The notes under the pieces were generated by a model. That model saw only the letters and a list, made by a program, of their open reading frames with translations, ran no database searches and was not told where the DNA came from. This document shows positions 1 to 14,200 of a stretch of DNA of 64,000 nt, piece after piece. Source of the stretch: the human T2T-CHM13v2.0 reference genome, Homo sapiens; the NCBI RefSeq assembly GCF_009914755.1, contig NC_060930.1; one strand, written 5' to 3'. A program made the position numbers and the translations under genes. Positions within the stretch are counted from its first letter, which is position 1; each line of letters opens with the position of its first letter.

Positions 1-39
1 AAGTGCTGGGATTACAGGTGTGAGCCATCACACCTGGCC
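1..39 (-). mobile_element. 5' end of an Alu, truncated by the window edge
   Basis: aagtgctgggattacaggtgtgagccatcacacctggcc is the reverse complement of the Alu 5' end. Confidence 0.9.
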
Positions 40-1244
40 TGTTAGTTCTCAAAATAAATTTTATTGTTATTTTTGAATTAGGAGACATTGTTCATTAAAA
101 AAAACACGTCACTTAACTAACATAAATCATGGGAAATGTAATAGATTGACCTGCTAAAAATTAATTAATAAATGAATGTAGTCTTTCAAGTCTTTTCCTT
201 GAATCTTAGGTTTTGAGTGAGTTTATATTTTTAACCCATTCTTAATGATTTGCAGTTGTTATTAACAGTAATTGCAACAACTGAAATTTGTTTAGAAATT
301 TACAAGTTTGAAAACTTTTTCATATGCATCCTTTATCCTTACAATAATCTTTTGAGGACAATGAAAGAAATATTATTACTATAGGGGGATATGAAAATAG
401 TTACAATTTTTACAACTGGTAGTCATAGCTCTGGAATCTCAATCTGAGCTTTGACATCCAAGGTTTGCATCCTGCCACCAAGCCAGTCTTGCCTCCCTGT
501 TGCATGTATGACTTACAAGGACATTGCTCATGAGAATAACATGTTTATGGGTCTCACCAGCCAGCCCTCTCTTTACATGGATCAGCCTTCCCCAGATGCC
601 ATGGTGTGAGAAGAACAATAATAATCTCTGGTCCTACTTTGAAGGCTTTGATAGGTTATTTCATGCACACCATTTCAATCTAAAGATGAATAGAGATACT
701 TGAGCTAGAACTTCTAATGGAAACACTGGATTTGGGGTAGTCTTAAAAAATATACATTTGTAGAATATACCAACCTAAAATTTGTCTTGGGAATGTAACA
801 CAGTGATAGAAAAGCCACAAGAAACATGTGAAATGAGAAATATATATGACAAATATATAATAACAAGGATGTTTAAGTTGGTATATTCTATAAATCTATC
901 AAAGCAAAAAGTTCAAAATCCTCAAAGTATTGGAATATAAAATAATAATAGTCTGAACTGAGAAGAGTCTCCAGATTTTGGTGTCAATTATAGATCACTG
1001 AACATCATCAACTAATGAGTGACTCCAACAATCTTCAAAGAAGAGTCTTCAAGAGCAGAAATAAGCAATGTGGGGGAAGTTAAAGTGTGTGATAAAGAAA
1101 TGATACACAGTAATTTAACTGAGTATTTGGGAGGGCAGAACATATGTCTAAGATGGTGAGGAAGTTTCTTAAAATGTTGAGGGAAACTAAGTGAGACTAT
1201 AGAATGCCTGTGTTCAAATGTCTTTACATTAATAATTGATTTGG

Positions 1245-1562
1245 GGCCAGGCGTGGTGAGTCACGCCTGTAATCCCAGTACTTTGGGAGGCCAAGCGGGG
1301 ACAAATCATTTGAGGTCAGGAGTTCAAGGCCAGCCTGGCCAACATGATGAAACCCCGTCTCCACTAAAAATACAAAAAAAAAAAAAAAAAAAAGCTGGGC
1401 GTGGTGGTGCGTGCCTGTAGTCCCAGCTGCTAAGAAGGCTGAGGTAGGAGAATCGCTTGAACCTAGGAGATGAAGGTTGTAGTGAGCAAAGAACATGTCA
1501 CTGCACTCCAGCCTGGGCAACAGAGTGAGACTCCATCACAAAACAATAATAGTAATAATAAT
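1245..1562 (+). mobile_element. Full-length Alu (AluS-like) with A20 middle linker and (AAT)n tail
   Basis: Both arms are recognisable. TSD-like aataattgatttg (1231-1243) / aataattgaattg (~1563-1575). Confidence 0.95.
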
Positions 1563-2164
1563 AATAATTGAATTGAAACTGTCTGCAGTAGCTATTAATA
1601 GTTTTTCATATTGCTTTTACCTGCAGAGGTAAAAGAATATATCATAAAATCTTTCAATTCATTTTTACCTCTTTGGTTCAACCATTGCATGGGGAAAACA
1701 AATAAACTTTCCCAGTAACATTTAAACTCCTTGAAAGGAGTGACTGCAAAACCTAACACATTTGGGATGCTTAACAAATTACATATTAATAATGTTAGCT
1801 CTTAAGATCAAATGATATAATCTGATATCTAGGCCTAAAGCTTTATTGTAGTCACAGCTTATTAATAAATGTGCCGCACGTCATACATACACTTGTTCAT
1901 GTTAAAACTTTCTCTCTCCCAGGCAGCGAGAGTGAGTAATAGACCTACGATGAGGAGAGAGAATGTGAGAAATTGTTATTTTCATAACCTTGATGGCAAC
2001 ACAGCTCCCTAGATGCTCATTAGTTCTGCAGAGCACTGTTCCTTGTGTTTTGAGAAGACACATAGAGGTATCAGGGCTAGAAAGAACCTCCACAGACCTT
2101 AGGCACCCCCAAACCTCTCACAAAGCATTGTTAAGAGGATCTTCACAATACCACATATTTGCTG

Positions 2165-2245
2165 TTCCTAGCCCTAGGTGATTTTAGGTAGAATTTTCAG
2201 GATTCCCAGGCCCTAGGTGATTTTGGGCAGTAGAACTTTCAGGAT
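2165..2245. repeat. Degenerate ~40-bp tandem duplication
   Basis: gccctaggtgatttt...gtagaa(t/c)tttcaggat occurs twice back to back. Confidence 0.8.
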
Positions 2246-2264
2246 AAAGGGAACACAACTAGAG

Positions 2265-2500
2265 TGGGGTGGTTAAGATTATGGCTTGACAATTCCTATT
2301 AGCCTGGGTTTTAATTCTGGCCTCAGCCCCTTCCTTAACATGTATACTTCAGAATTTAAAGTCTCAGGGCTACAATTTCATTTTTCATAAAATGAGAAAA
2401 ATTATATCATCTACCACATAAAGTCATTGTGGTGATTAAATAAGCTAATACAGGTAACATGATTAGGTAGTACTTAACAGCTAGTAAGCACCAAATGATT
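2265..2500 (+). mobile_element. MIR SINE
   Basis: MIR-core-like tttcatttttcataaaatgagaaaaat...gtggtgattaaataagctaataca. Confidence 0.7.
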
Positions 2501-4525
2501 AAAAACATAGTGGTTATTAAGTCTCCTCATTTGCCTTTACCCTGGGATTCTAAGCCATTGTAGGATGGTTATAAGGTCAGAAAAATTGGTACCTATGTAA
2601 TTTCAATGCCAACGAGGACAAATTAGATATTCTAGCCTGGATCAAAATCGAGATAACAAAATATATGGAATCTACAGCTCAGCATCTGGCACAGATTGAG
2701 CAAAAATTTCCAGGAATGATAATTTCCACAGATTTCACCAGCATGTTTGAATATGGAAATGAGCCTCAGGTGACCTCTTTAGGTGGACTGCCTTTGGAGA
2801 AATATTTCCAGGTTGCTTTGAGGAGCTTGTCCGACCCCATGCTTTGATAAATTACTTAGAATTTAACCATCATAATTTTATGCCCATAATGAGCAGATTA
2901 GAGGGAGAATAAAAGATGTAAGCACATTTTAAATGCAAATATTATGCTGCTCGTTGTTATTCACAAGGTATACATTATACACAGTTACTGAAGTTCCCTT
3001 GAACAAAGAAAACAGCAAAATGCCAAGGCATTTTTGAAAAAGTGTTTTATTCATGACTCTGAAAGGTAGCTGAAGCCAGTTGAGGGAGGACTATACCCTC
3101 CCTCTATTTTAATGATCTTAATTTTGTTAATGGAATGTTAGTAGAAAGAGTTTGGGAGCCATGTGGAGCTGATTGTGTTGTTCAGTATTGATGTTGCCTG
3201 CAAATTAAATGTACCTAAGTAGCCACCTGTTTATGCTTATGATTATGTAAAGCCCCATATGTTTCTCTCTCTACACATGGGAGGTAAATATTGAAGAAAT
3301 TATTCTGGTGTGAAGGGTGAAAACAGCAGCAATTCTTCTATAACTGTCAACATATGCTGTGGTGTTTCCTTGTAACATTGTGCTTTGTCTGACATATTTG
3401 CTGATTTTTATCATGCAGTGTTCAAAAAAATCTGTTACCCATGGTTATACAAAACAATTAAAAATCAGTTTACATTAAATTCAAATTAGAAAGAGCTATA
3501 ATTTCCCAATGTAACCATAAGTATTAAATGAATGTCAGGGCTTAGGATTTAAATAGATTTTGATTTGCACAATAAAGAAAACTGAATTTTTGTTTTTCTA
3601 AATTCACCAGTATATAAAAAGGAGCATTTTCTCTCTAAACACATTCTTTTGGTTCCATATTACTAGGCAATAAAACTAACTTCAACAGCATGAATTTGAA
3701 AATCCTGCCTAAAATCAGCACTGGGCTCATGAACTGGCTAACCCACAACTCTCCCAGTGGATTTGACTTGGACAGGAGCTTACTGGCCCCTGACGGTCCT
3801 CTCTGGAAGCTTTGACCTGGTACCTGGTCAGCACGAACACCTGAACAGCTCTGAGATGAATTTCTTCAGAGCACTGGGGGGTCTCGTGCAAGTAACTCCT
3901 ATGGAACTGCCTCAAAACTATTCAGAGATTGACCCAGACAGTCACTTCCAGGAAAGAGCACAGCATTTGGAGCTGCTATTGTTGATCACTTTAGACACTG
4001 AAGATAAACAAATTGGGGTTTTCCAAGGTTTGTGTTTGATTAAGAGGAGTTTAAATGCTGGCTGTCTGGCAGCCCTGGATATGGCCGTCCCTGACCTTCC
4101 AATATAAAGTATACACAAAAAGACACAGAAAATGATAGAAAACGATGAAAACTTACCATATCATCAAAAACTAAGAATAATAGACCAACTACTGCAAAAA
4201 GCCAGAAGGAAGTTACCTCATAATAGGAAGAATAGAGCTGCAATGAGAAAATTCAAGGCCTACCCATGCTGGGGCTCATGAAACAGAGGAGCCCCCCCAA
4301 AATTTTTAAAAGATAATAATAATGAGAAAAACAATATTAACACTGCTGTTGAGTACATGTTATGTGCCATGGTCTGTCGTAAGCTAATCTCCTCATTTAA
4401 TTTATTTGATCCTCTGAAGAATTTTGTAAGATAAATGCTATTAATGTTTTCTCTACTTTATATATGAGGAAATTGTTAAATCAAAGCACTAAAACACACC
4501 AAGGAACCCAGCCTAAATTTCTATT

Positions 4526-4600
4526 TGTGTGTTTGTGTTTCTGTGTGCATGTGTGTGTAGTATGTGTATATATGTATGCATATATATATATCTATATATA
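4526..4600. repeat. (TG)n/(TA)n low-complexity tract
   Basis: Directly visible dinucleotide runs. Confidence 0.8.
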
Positions 4601-4749
4601 TTCTCAAAAAAATTTTAACAAATTTAAAATAAAATTAAAATCACTCATTCTCACTGGACTGAAACAGCTGCTTTTAAAATTCTGACATTTTTTAACTTGA
4701 TATATATACAGAGAGATAAAAATGTTTTAAACAATGTCGAAACTCTACT

Positions 4750-6460
4750 ATAGACACTTCATTTGACTCCTACTTGTCTCATTTAATACTGAACCGAATA
4801 AACCTCATGCTTTACAATATTTTTCACAAATATAGTTGTTAATAGATGAATAATATGTTGTAAGGAATGTATCATGATTTACCCGATTCCTCACTGTTGG
4901 GCATTTAAGTTGATTCTATTATTTTCCTATTACAAATAATTCTAAAATGATTATTTCTTTGGAGTTGATTCGACAAGTGGAAGCACTGAGTTAAAGCTTT
5001 AAACATTATAAAGGCTCTTTTCTCAGCACAGTACTGGTTCCAGGATGGCAGAACCAAGACTAAATGTACCTGTGTCATCAATAATTATCTCTGTACATGC
5101 ATAAGATGTAGATGGAATTCAAAATATATTACATGTATTTTCAAAGAAGCTACTCAATCTATTACAAAATTTATTTTCAGGAAGGATACACTCCTCAGTT
5201 AGGTTTAAGAGTGACCCTTTGACAATATTTTTCCCAACTTCATAAATGCAAAAGCTTAGATACCTATATAGGTGGAAAAGTTGTTATTGTGTTAGTACAA
5301 ACTAATTTCTACACAATTATAAACCATTTGAATTTCTTCTAAGCTTTGTCCATTTTCCTATTAGTGTTCTACTAGAATATTTATTGATTTTTCTGTTTTC
5401 CATTTCAGTGACATTTAGTCTTTTAAAAATTGAGTTATCTTCCTTTGCTATTAAACATTTCTTCCTCATTTTTTTACTTTATGACAGAAAGTTTCATTTT
5501 ATGTATTCAAATATATTGTTTCCTTATGGTTTTCTATTATATTTGCAACTTGAAAGTTGTTTCAAATATAGACATAAGATAGTTTTCCTTAAAATGTGAT
5601 GTTTTCATCTATTTCAAATTTCTTTTGCTATGGTATAATGTTGATGATCCAATTTGATCTACTGTTTGCTACATTATTAACTATACTAGAACAATTTACT
5701 AAATAATTCTTCCTTTAAACCCAGATGTGCAGTAAAAACTTTATCAAACAGCAAATAATACTCTGCATTAAAGTCTGTTTCTGAGCTATAAACAAATGCT
5801 TAAGTGCATGGCACTAGAGTCAAATTAAAAACATTGCTGTGACGCTTCTATAACAACTAGTACCACTATTGTAAAAGTAATTTATTGATGCAGTTTTTGA
5901 TTTTCTGTAAGCAACATATAGTACCATTTATTATAACTTTGTATCAGACATTAATGTTGGCAGGACAAGTACTCCCTCATTATCCTATTTTTAAAATATT
6001 TGCTTGAATATGTTCACTTGTTTATTCTCCCAAGTGATTTTTACAATTACTCTCTCAAGAGGCAACATAGTAATAATTATGATTATAATATGGAAATTTT
6101 ATTCTGCATTATGTTGAACATAAATTAATTCATATGTAATTGATATATTTATAATATTCAGTTTTCTGATTCAAGCACGTCTATTTTTTAATAAATAAGT
6201 AAACTTGTATAATACTTTTTAAGTAAATAAATGAGTTAGTTATAAAATATGTTACCCCTATATATTCTAAGTGTTTATAAATGGAAAATTATAACTATAT
6301 GTATTCTTATATGTAAGAATATATTCCTTTATGTACATACAGTTGTTTTACATATTTGTTCATCTTGTCATCTTACCAAGTTTCAATATTTTGTCTCATT
6401 TGATACTCTGTTTTACAGGGTAATGTTACTATTTGCAAATAATGATTACCACCTCTTTTT
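4750..6460 (-). mobile_element. Old degraded L1 (L1M/L1ME-type)
   Basis: T-rich, with antisense L1 3'-end-like motif (ctcactgttgggcatttaagttgatt...ttacaaataa) and degraded ORF2-like tracts. Confidence 0.55.
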
Positions 6461-6471
6461 TTAATTTTCAA

Positions 6472-6623
6472 TTTGTTTGAGATGGAGTCTTGCTTTCACC
6501 CAGGCTGGAGTGTAGTGGTGGAGTCACAGATCACTGCAGCCTCGAACTCCTGGGTTCATGCCATCCTCCCACCTAAGCCTTTCAAAGAGCTGGGATTACA
6601 GGCATGAGCCACTATGCCCAGCC
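6472..6623 (-). mobile_element. FLAM / monomeric Alu
   Basis: Single ~140-bp Alu monomer: gagatggagtcttgc...gggattacaggcatgagccactatgcccagcc. Confidence 0.85.
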
Positions 6624-7580
6624 AATTAACAACTCATTTCTAAAAGTCTTTTAATTCATTAATTTCTGGCCATATTTACTTACTCGCAATTCTAGAAAGA
6701 AGTTAAATAGGTCAAAACAAACACCCTTATAAGAACAACTCTTCCCTTGCATGACTCACCTAAGCACTGCACATCTTGGTTCCCCTACCTGACTACAGGG
6801 CATCGTTGACAGTGGGACCCTCTGCCAGGTCTGTCAGGCCCTGCCATTTTCAAGGATGTTGAAGATTTAAAATTTCATGTTTCTAAAAAAATGGAGACAG
6901 GGACACTAAAAGCCATTAAATTGTATATTTTAATCAGGTGAATGTTGTTATGTGGAAATTGTTATAATGCTATTAACTCAAAAAAATGAGATGGGAAAGA
7001 CAAACAGTTAAGTCACACCCTCAAAAAAGCAGTTAGATTGGCCCCCTCAAAAGTTCCTAGTTGGAATGCAAATTAGCAGAGCCTTTATGAAATGTGATTG
7101 ACAATATGTATCAGATCTTTAAAAACATTTTTACTTCTATGTATATAAGATTATTATAATAATCAGAAATGCAGACAAAATGTTAGTTTAAAAGGCTGTT
7201 CATCACAGTACAAATTGTATAAATGGCCATGTTCAGGATGGATTGAATACATTATGGAATATGCATGTGAGGGACTATTACCTAGAAAATAAAAATTATG
7301 CCTTGAAGAATATTTAATGACACAGGCAAGTCCTCAGAATAAGATTTTTTCCCATTATGCTAAAACATGTGTCTATATGTATGCATGTGTACAATGTACT
7401 GGAAAACAACAGAAACAAATGTATCTAATATTAATGCTAGATGAGTCTGGTGATGATATTATAGTGAGTTTTATTTACTTTCCTGAATTTTCTCCCATTT
7501 TCTAATTTTCTACAACATGCATGTGTTACTTGTAAAACAGAAAAATAAATACATCTTATAGCTTTAAAAACTCGGGTTCT

Positions 7581-8185
7581 TTATCTTCACACAAAATCCT
7601 GCACATGAATGTTTATAGCAGCCTTATTCGTAATTGCCAAGGCTTGGAAGTAATAACTATGCCCTTCAGTAGGTGAATGGATAAACTGTGGTACATCCAG
7701 ACAATGAAATATTACTCAGCACTAAAAATAAATGACTTATTACATCATGAAAAGCCATGTAAGAACCTTAAATATGTATTAGTAGGTGAAAGAAGTCAAT
7801 CTTTAAAGGCTACATACTATATGATTCCAACTATATGACGCTCTGAAAAAGGCAAAATATGGAGACAGGAAAAGGATCAGTGGTTACCACGGATTAGAGG
7901 AGAGAGGGGAATGAGTAGGCGGAGCACAAAGGATTTTTAGGGTGGTGAAACTATTTTGTATGACACTATCAAAGTGGATATGTGTCATTCTACATTTATC
8001 AAAACCCATAGAATGTACAACACCAAAAATGAACCCAAATATAAACTGTGAACTTTGAGTGAAGATGATGTGTCAATGAAGGTTCACTACTTGCAACAAA
8101 TGTACCACTCTAGTGTTGTACATTGATGGTGGGGGAGGCTGCCATATATGGCATGTTGGGGGTCAGGAAGTATAGGGAAACTCTG
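7581..8185 (+). mobile_element. L1MC1-like 3' fragment without poly(A) tail
   Basis: Matches the recalled L1MC1 3' end (ccttcagtaggtgaatggataaactgtggtacatccagacaatg...aaaacccatagaatgtacaacacc). Confidence 0.8.
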
Positions 8186-10299
8186 CTTGCATTCCAGTGG
8201 CAGAACCTCTAAATCCCCAAAATGTAACTGTGTATAATTATAGAAATGTTCTCTACCAACGTTCAGTTAAGATGCAAGAAACAGAAGATCCAATTGTTTA
8301 AGGGCAATCTAGTTCCTCTCATGAGAATCCTTCCCTGCTGGTACTGTTAAGGTAGCATCATAAAAAGCTTTTAGAATTGTGCCGGTAAGAAAGACGGATG
8401 GTAAGGACAATGAGTGATGAGATAGATTTTAGAAGATGGAGATAAAACATTAATACCAAGAAAACTTATAGAACAGCACCAGCTGTGGAACAGCCTCCTT
8501 TAAAATGATCTTTCTGACAGAATTCTGATCTGATATTACAATGCACATAGATGAGTAACAGAATCATTTTAACCTAGAACTGCAAAAGCTGTTTGTCTTT
8601 TGGCTAATATACATGGTAGTTATCCAAAGACCAAGGATGCAGAGAAATAATCTGATCATGAACTAAAAAGCAAGAGAAAAAAAAAATAGACCAAGAAATA
8701 GATCTTAAAATTATTTTAAAAGCCTGAATTTCTTTTGCACGCTGATTAATTCACATTTTCTTGCATAGTTTATACAAAATACCCCTTTTTGTCAAAGAAA
8801 AGATGTTGTAAGGTAGACACAGCTGAGTTTACTTTGCTTAAGTGAGCACAGTGGGAAATAGTACCTTAAGAGAAGTTGACCCAGAAAATTTGGAAAAATA
8901 GCCCCTGATTCCTTGGATAGCGAATTATCTAAAAGGCAGGAGCTCTATTTAGGGCTGCTCTGAGTCATGTTTTATCATAACATCCAGATGGAAAAACAGT
9001 AGCAACTTCTGACTTACATTCCTTGCTTCTTTTAACAAAAGTCCCTAAAAAACAGAAGATGGAAAGGTTATTTAAAGCTAGCAAATGTATATATTTTTTG
9101 CATAATAATTTTCCTATCAGGTCCTTTAGAAACTTATATTTTAATCAAATAAAAAAATCAGCTACAATAATAAAATAAAGATGAAAGATTGATCATTTCA
9201 ATAGTAGATGAAAATACAATGAATGACGATTGAATGTAATACATATTTTCTGTTAATGGAGTATATAATTCTCCAAATGAAACAATGGTCATTGTTAATG
9301 TGTTAGAATTAACAATGTTAATGTATCACATATTTGGTACCCAGGCATAAAGGAGCAGATTTTATAAATTTTAGCCATTTAGCCTTAATTAATTTCTTAC
9401 AGAAACAATTCTATTAATTCAATTTCTGTCATCAGTTATTTTAATACTTTTCTGAATTATTCACATGTCCAATAAAAATGATTTTTTTAAGTCTTACGGC
9501 TTAAGGGATATAGTCATGTTGGAAGAGAATTCTCCGTAGCATTTCTATACGCCTTGGGAGCTAGAGGTAGCAGGTTTCTTTTCAACTAGTATAAAAATGA
9601 TAAGAGAATGTCTCCCTCCCCAGAGACATTCTAGGATAGAAAAGTCTTTCTCCTCACCTCAAAGGAATTATTTTACATTCCAAGGTAATAAATATAATTT
9701 TTCTTGGAGGGCAAAAGTTGGCAGTTCGCCAGCAACCCCTTATTTGGGGTTTGTAAGCTCAGGGTTCCCCAATTATGTGTTCAGCAACCCCCTGTGTCAC
9801 TTTGGGGGTCTTGGGGGTCAAAGACAACCTCTGAGACATGAAGTTTATCCTGCCTGCTGTGCAACTCGGGCTCACTGTCTCCTTAGTGATGTAATTCATG
9901 GAAGGGTGGTATCACCCTAGTAGCTTCCTGGCTACTTAAGAGTTTCCTGACAACTTGATAGATGAAATCCTTTTATCTGGTAGAAATTAATTTAAGTAGG
10001 AAGCACGTCCCAAAGCTTGTTTTTAATACATGGTTTAAATCTATGAAACATATGAAAGAAATTTTCTATTTAGTGAATTTAGTAAATTTTCTAACATTCA
10101 TCTAAAAATTTCTGTTTCCTCTTGTTCTAGGAGTGATATTAGTTCAAATCTTTTTAACATTACAATGCTACTGCATATAGTAGAAAAATTCCTTATTATG
10201 GCATTAACGTTGATTGACAAAAATATCACCTCTTTTTTTTTTTCTATGATTAAGCAAGAAGTGCTTCAGAACACAAATCTGGACCTATACATACTGTTC

Positions 10300-11117
10300 A
10301 TATCTGTTATTTCCAATACTGTACCATTAACGTAGCCATTGTGCTGAGCACTTGAAATGTGGCTACTTGAATTTGGACAGTCTAAATTGAGATGTACTAT
10401 AAGTGGAAAATATATATCAGATTTTAAAGGGTTAGCATGAAAAGATGTAAAATATTTCTATAATTTTATATCAATAAGTTGTTGAAAGTATAATATCCTA
10501 GATACACATTTTAAATAAAACATATTAAAATTAATGTCACCTTTCTTTAATTTTTAAAGAAAGATATCTGTGCTAGGTAGCCTCCAAGATGGTGCCCAGT
10601 TATTTCTCCCTCCTGGTAGTCACACCCTTGTTCAGTGCCCTCCCAGATTGCACTAGCATTGATCTGTGTGATCAAAAGGGTATGGTAGAAGTGATGGTAT
10701 GTCACTTCTGAGATTAGGCCATAGAAGACTGGTTTCAGTCTTGGGCTTGTTTCCACTCTCAGACCACTAAGTCAGTGAGAACCCTATGGAGAGGACCATG
10801 TGGTAAAGAATTGAAGCCTCCCAGAACAGCCATGTGAATGAACTTGATAATAGATCTCCAAATCACAGTCAAATCTTCAGAGACTCCATTCCCTGCCTAC
10901 GGCTTCACTGCAACTCCATGAAAGACCCTGAGGCAGAACTATAGCATCTAAAGCACTCCCGATTCCTCAACCTCATAAATTATGTGAGAAATGTTGTTTT
11001 AAGTTGCCAAATTTAGACACAACTTACTATGCAGATATATGTAAGTAGTAAATGTGGATATTGAACATTTGAAATCACATATGAGGTTCATATTATATTT
11101 TTATTGGACAGTGCTAG
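10300..11117. mobile_element. MER33-like hAT-Charlie DNA transposon split by an LTR
   Basis: Left part 10300-10560 (gagcacttgaaatgtggcta...) and right part 11050-11117 (...tttttattggacagtgct) are colinear halves. Confidence 0.75.
10569..11048 (+). mobile_element. MLT1F-like MaLR LTR nested in MER33
   Basis: tgtgctaggtagcctccaagatgg...gtatggtagaagtgatggtatgtcacttctgagattaggccat...ttgttttaag. Confidence 0.75.
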
Positions 11118-11119
11118 GG

Positions 11120-11280
11120 CAGACTCAGCGTAACCACTTGCTATGTGATTTGGGGCAAATTACTTGGTGATTCTGTTTTCTCATCTGTAAAGTCTGAATT
11201 CAATTAGTAATTTATATATACATAAAAGTGTTTAGAAAAGTTTTATATGTAAAAATATTAAGAACAATGTCTGGTACATC
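11120..11280 (+). mobile_element. MIR fragment
   Basis: ctatgtgatttggggcaaattactt...ctgttttctcatctgtaaa is the MIR core. Confidence 0.7.
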
Positions 11281-14200
11281 TTTGGTATCTTCATTTGAGT
11301 GTGTGTTATGGACAGGATAGGGTAAAGGGTAGTAGAGGATGTTCCATCTCAAACATTTCCTTCATGTCTGCTACCTCCCGAAACAAAATTCCTATACAGC
11401 AACAAAATTCATAGAGTATAGTCTAAATATTAAAACAGAAAAATGTCTTTATCTGGCCTTATAATTTTAAGGGTGGTTTTATAGATGCAACTACAGTCTT
11501 CCTTCACCATATCATTTGGAGAAAATGTGAACTTGCTGTTTGGGAAAAAAAAAAATCTATGTTCTTCATAAAAATGGTATTGAAACACTCTCAGGCTATT
11601 TCTCATGACTAAGAGAATATGTTTATTATTCATGCTCCATAACACTCTGAAAGAGGGACAAATCTTTCCAGGAGGTAATCCAGAAATTTGGAACTTCACT
11701 ATAAACCACACATGACATGATTTACCAATCTATGGAGATAATGTAATCAACTACCGAATAGGATATATTTTTGTTGCTTTTGGCAAGATTGGCATGTTTT
11801 CTAGCTCATAAAATACTTCAGCTAGAAAGAGTGTTTTCTAAAAGCAGTATGTTTTGTTTCATTCATTACTGAAATGATTGCTTATTATTTCTTTTAAAAT
11901 AATTGAACATTTTTGAGGTGTCAAAAGAGACATATGGAAATAAAATATTAATATAGGATGAAACCAGTGGTGCATATATTTGGAGTTCAGATCCCCATTC
12001 AAATTTTAGTAAAAAAAAAAAAGGCTCCAGTATATCCCCTGAAAGTGTGCTTGTCAAACTCTGCAAATCTTTACCCTCTTGACTTTTTCTTGAGCTTGCA
12101 TTTGCTGAAGCTGCATCTACAAAGCTATGTTTATTGGTCAAAGGCTGGGTATCTTTCCTCAGTAGATTTTCTTTATTTACAAAGAAGTAATTCTGGGCAC
12201 TCTTGCCAAGGTATTGTCATCTTCAATACTTTTAAATTATTGGATAAATTTGAGGATATATGAGTTTACATACTTTAATACAGAAGAGCAGGTCAATTTT
12301 TTTCAAAAGTCGAAAAATTAACCAAATAATTGGAGCAACCTGGGAAGCATTTATTGAAGAAAAATGGCTGAATCTTGGTAAGAACAGCAAACTTTGTGGC
12401 ACTTTAACTTGTATTCCCATTCTCTCCTCCCCGACACTCAGGTCCACAGTAACCTTGAAAACTAACAACCTGTAATCACGAAAAAATAATCAACTTGACA
12501 GTCATAGGAGAAAGCAGTAAGAGGTTGAAGTATCTTCAAAGCTCAATCCCAGAGAATTGTTATTATTTGACATATCTGGTGGCTCTCTGGAAGATCACAC
12601 TTGCATGGTTGTCTCTTTGATCTCATTTTGAACTCATTATTGGGGAAAGGCTTTTCTCAGAGCACTTGCCAAAAATAATAAAAGAAAATTGTTTAACTTT
12701 TGTGGCTACCTGCAGTGATGGGAAAAAAAATAATAGGCTAACCCAAAAACTTAAAAAGAATAGCTGGGAAATGAGATTTCCATAAAAAAAATTGAAAAGT
12801 TCCAACATATTCCTAAGAATCCAGAAAGTCACATGAGTAATTTTAAACACATGCCCAGGACTGTTTGCATACGCAAGAAAGACCCACAAAAGCCCTCACC
12901 TCTCAATTCTGGCTAACTGAGGCTCTACCTGAGCCCAAATTCAAGGCTAAGCTAGAATTTTCAATTACCTGACTGAGTGTTGACAGAATGTTCCCAAATG
13001 AACAACAGAGCCCTTCAACACATACTGAAAACATGGTTTCAACTGTGTAAGTAAATCTCTGTTCAGACATCAGTTGTCCACTAAGCTAACTAAGCAGGGA
13101 CTTCTGTGGCCACACATGATGGAGAATGCAGACTTTACAGATTTAGTTCAGAAAATTCACTAAACAAACAACTACCAATAACAGCAAGCCCTGGAAAAAG
13201 GAAACAATTTGATTATACAATTGCCACATTATAGCATTTAAAACATCCAGTTTCAAACAAAAATTATGAGAAGGCAAAGGAACAAGAAAGTATGACCTGT
13301 ACACAGTGGGAGAGGGCAAGCAATCAATAGAAGCTGTTCCTGCAGAGTGAGATTCACCAAGAAAAAAAGAGAGAAGATTTAAATAAGCTCAATTAGAAAT
13401 GAAATTGGAGATATTACAACCAATACCACATAAATACAAAATATCATTCAAAACTGCTATGAACACCTTTATGTGAACAAACTAGAAAATCTAGAGGAAT
13501 TGGATAAATACCTGGAAGCATACAATCCTCCTAGATTAAATCACAAAGAAATGGAAACCATGAGCAGACCAATAACAAGCAGTGAGATTGAACCAGTAAT
13601 TTAAAAATTGCCAACCAAAAAAAGCCCAGGGCCAGATAGATTCACAGCTGAATTCTACTAGACATTCCAAGAAGAATTACAACCAATCCTACTGAAACTA
13701 TTCCAAAAAAATAGAGAAACATAGAATCCTCCCTAAACATTCTATGTAGCCAGTATCATCCTAACACCCAAACCAGGAAAGGCCTTAACAAAAAAAAAGA
13801 AAGCTACAGACAAAAATCCCTGAATATAGTTGCAAAAATCCTCAACTAAATATTAGCTAACTAAATCTAATAGCAAATCAAAAAGATAATACATCATTAT
13901 CACATGAGTTTCATCCCAGGGATGCAGAGATAGTTTAACCCAAGTAAATAAATGTGATACATCACATAAACAGAATTAAAAACAGAAATCACATAATTGT
14001 CTCAATAGATGCGGAAAAAGCATTTGATAAAATTCAGCATCTCTTTATGATAGAAACGCTCAAAAAAATAGGTATAGAAGGGACTTAGCTCAAAGTAATA
14101 AAAGCCACATATGACAAACCCACAGCCAACATCATACTGAATGGGGAAAAGTTGAAAGCATTCCCACTGAGAACTGGAATAAGACAAGGATGCCAACTTT

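Noticed and set aside
1224-1520. Alu-derived ORFs (also 28657-28851, 29417-29710, 39423-39656, 58329-58592)
   Set aside because: Typical antisense-Alu translations (PRLECSG..., [20 protein letters not shown]); not genes.
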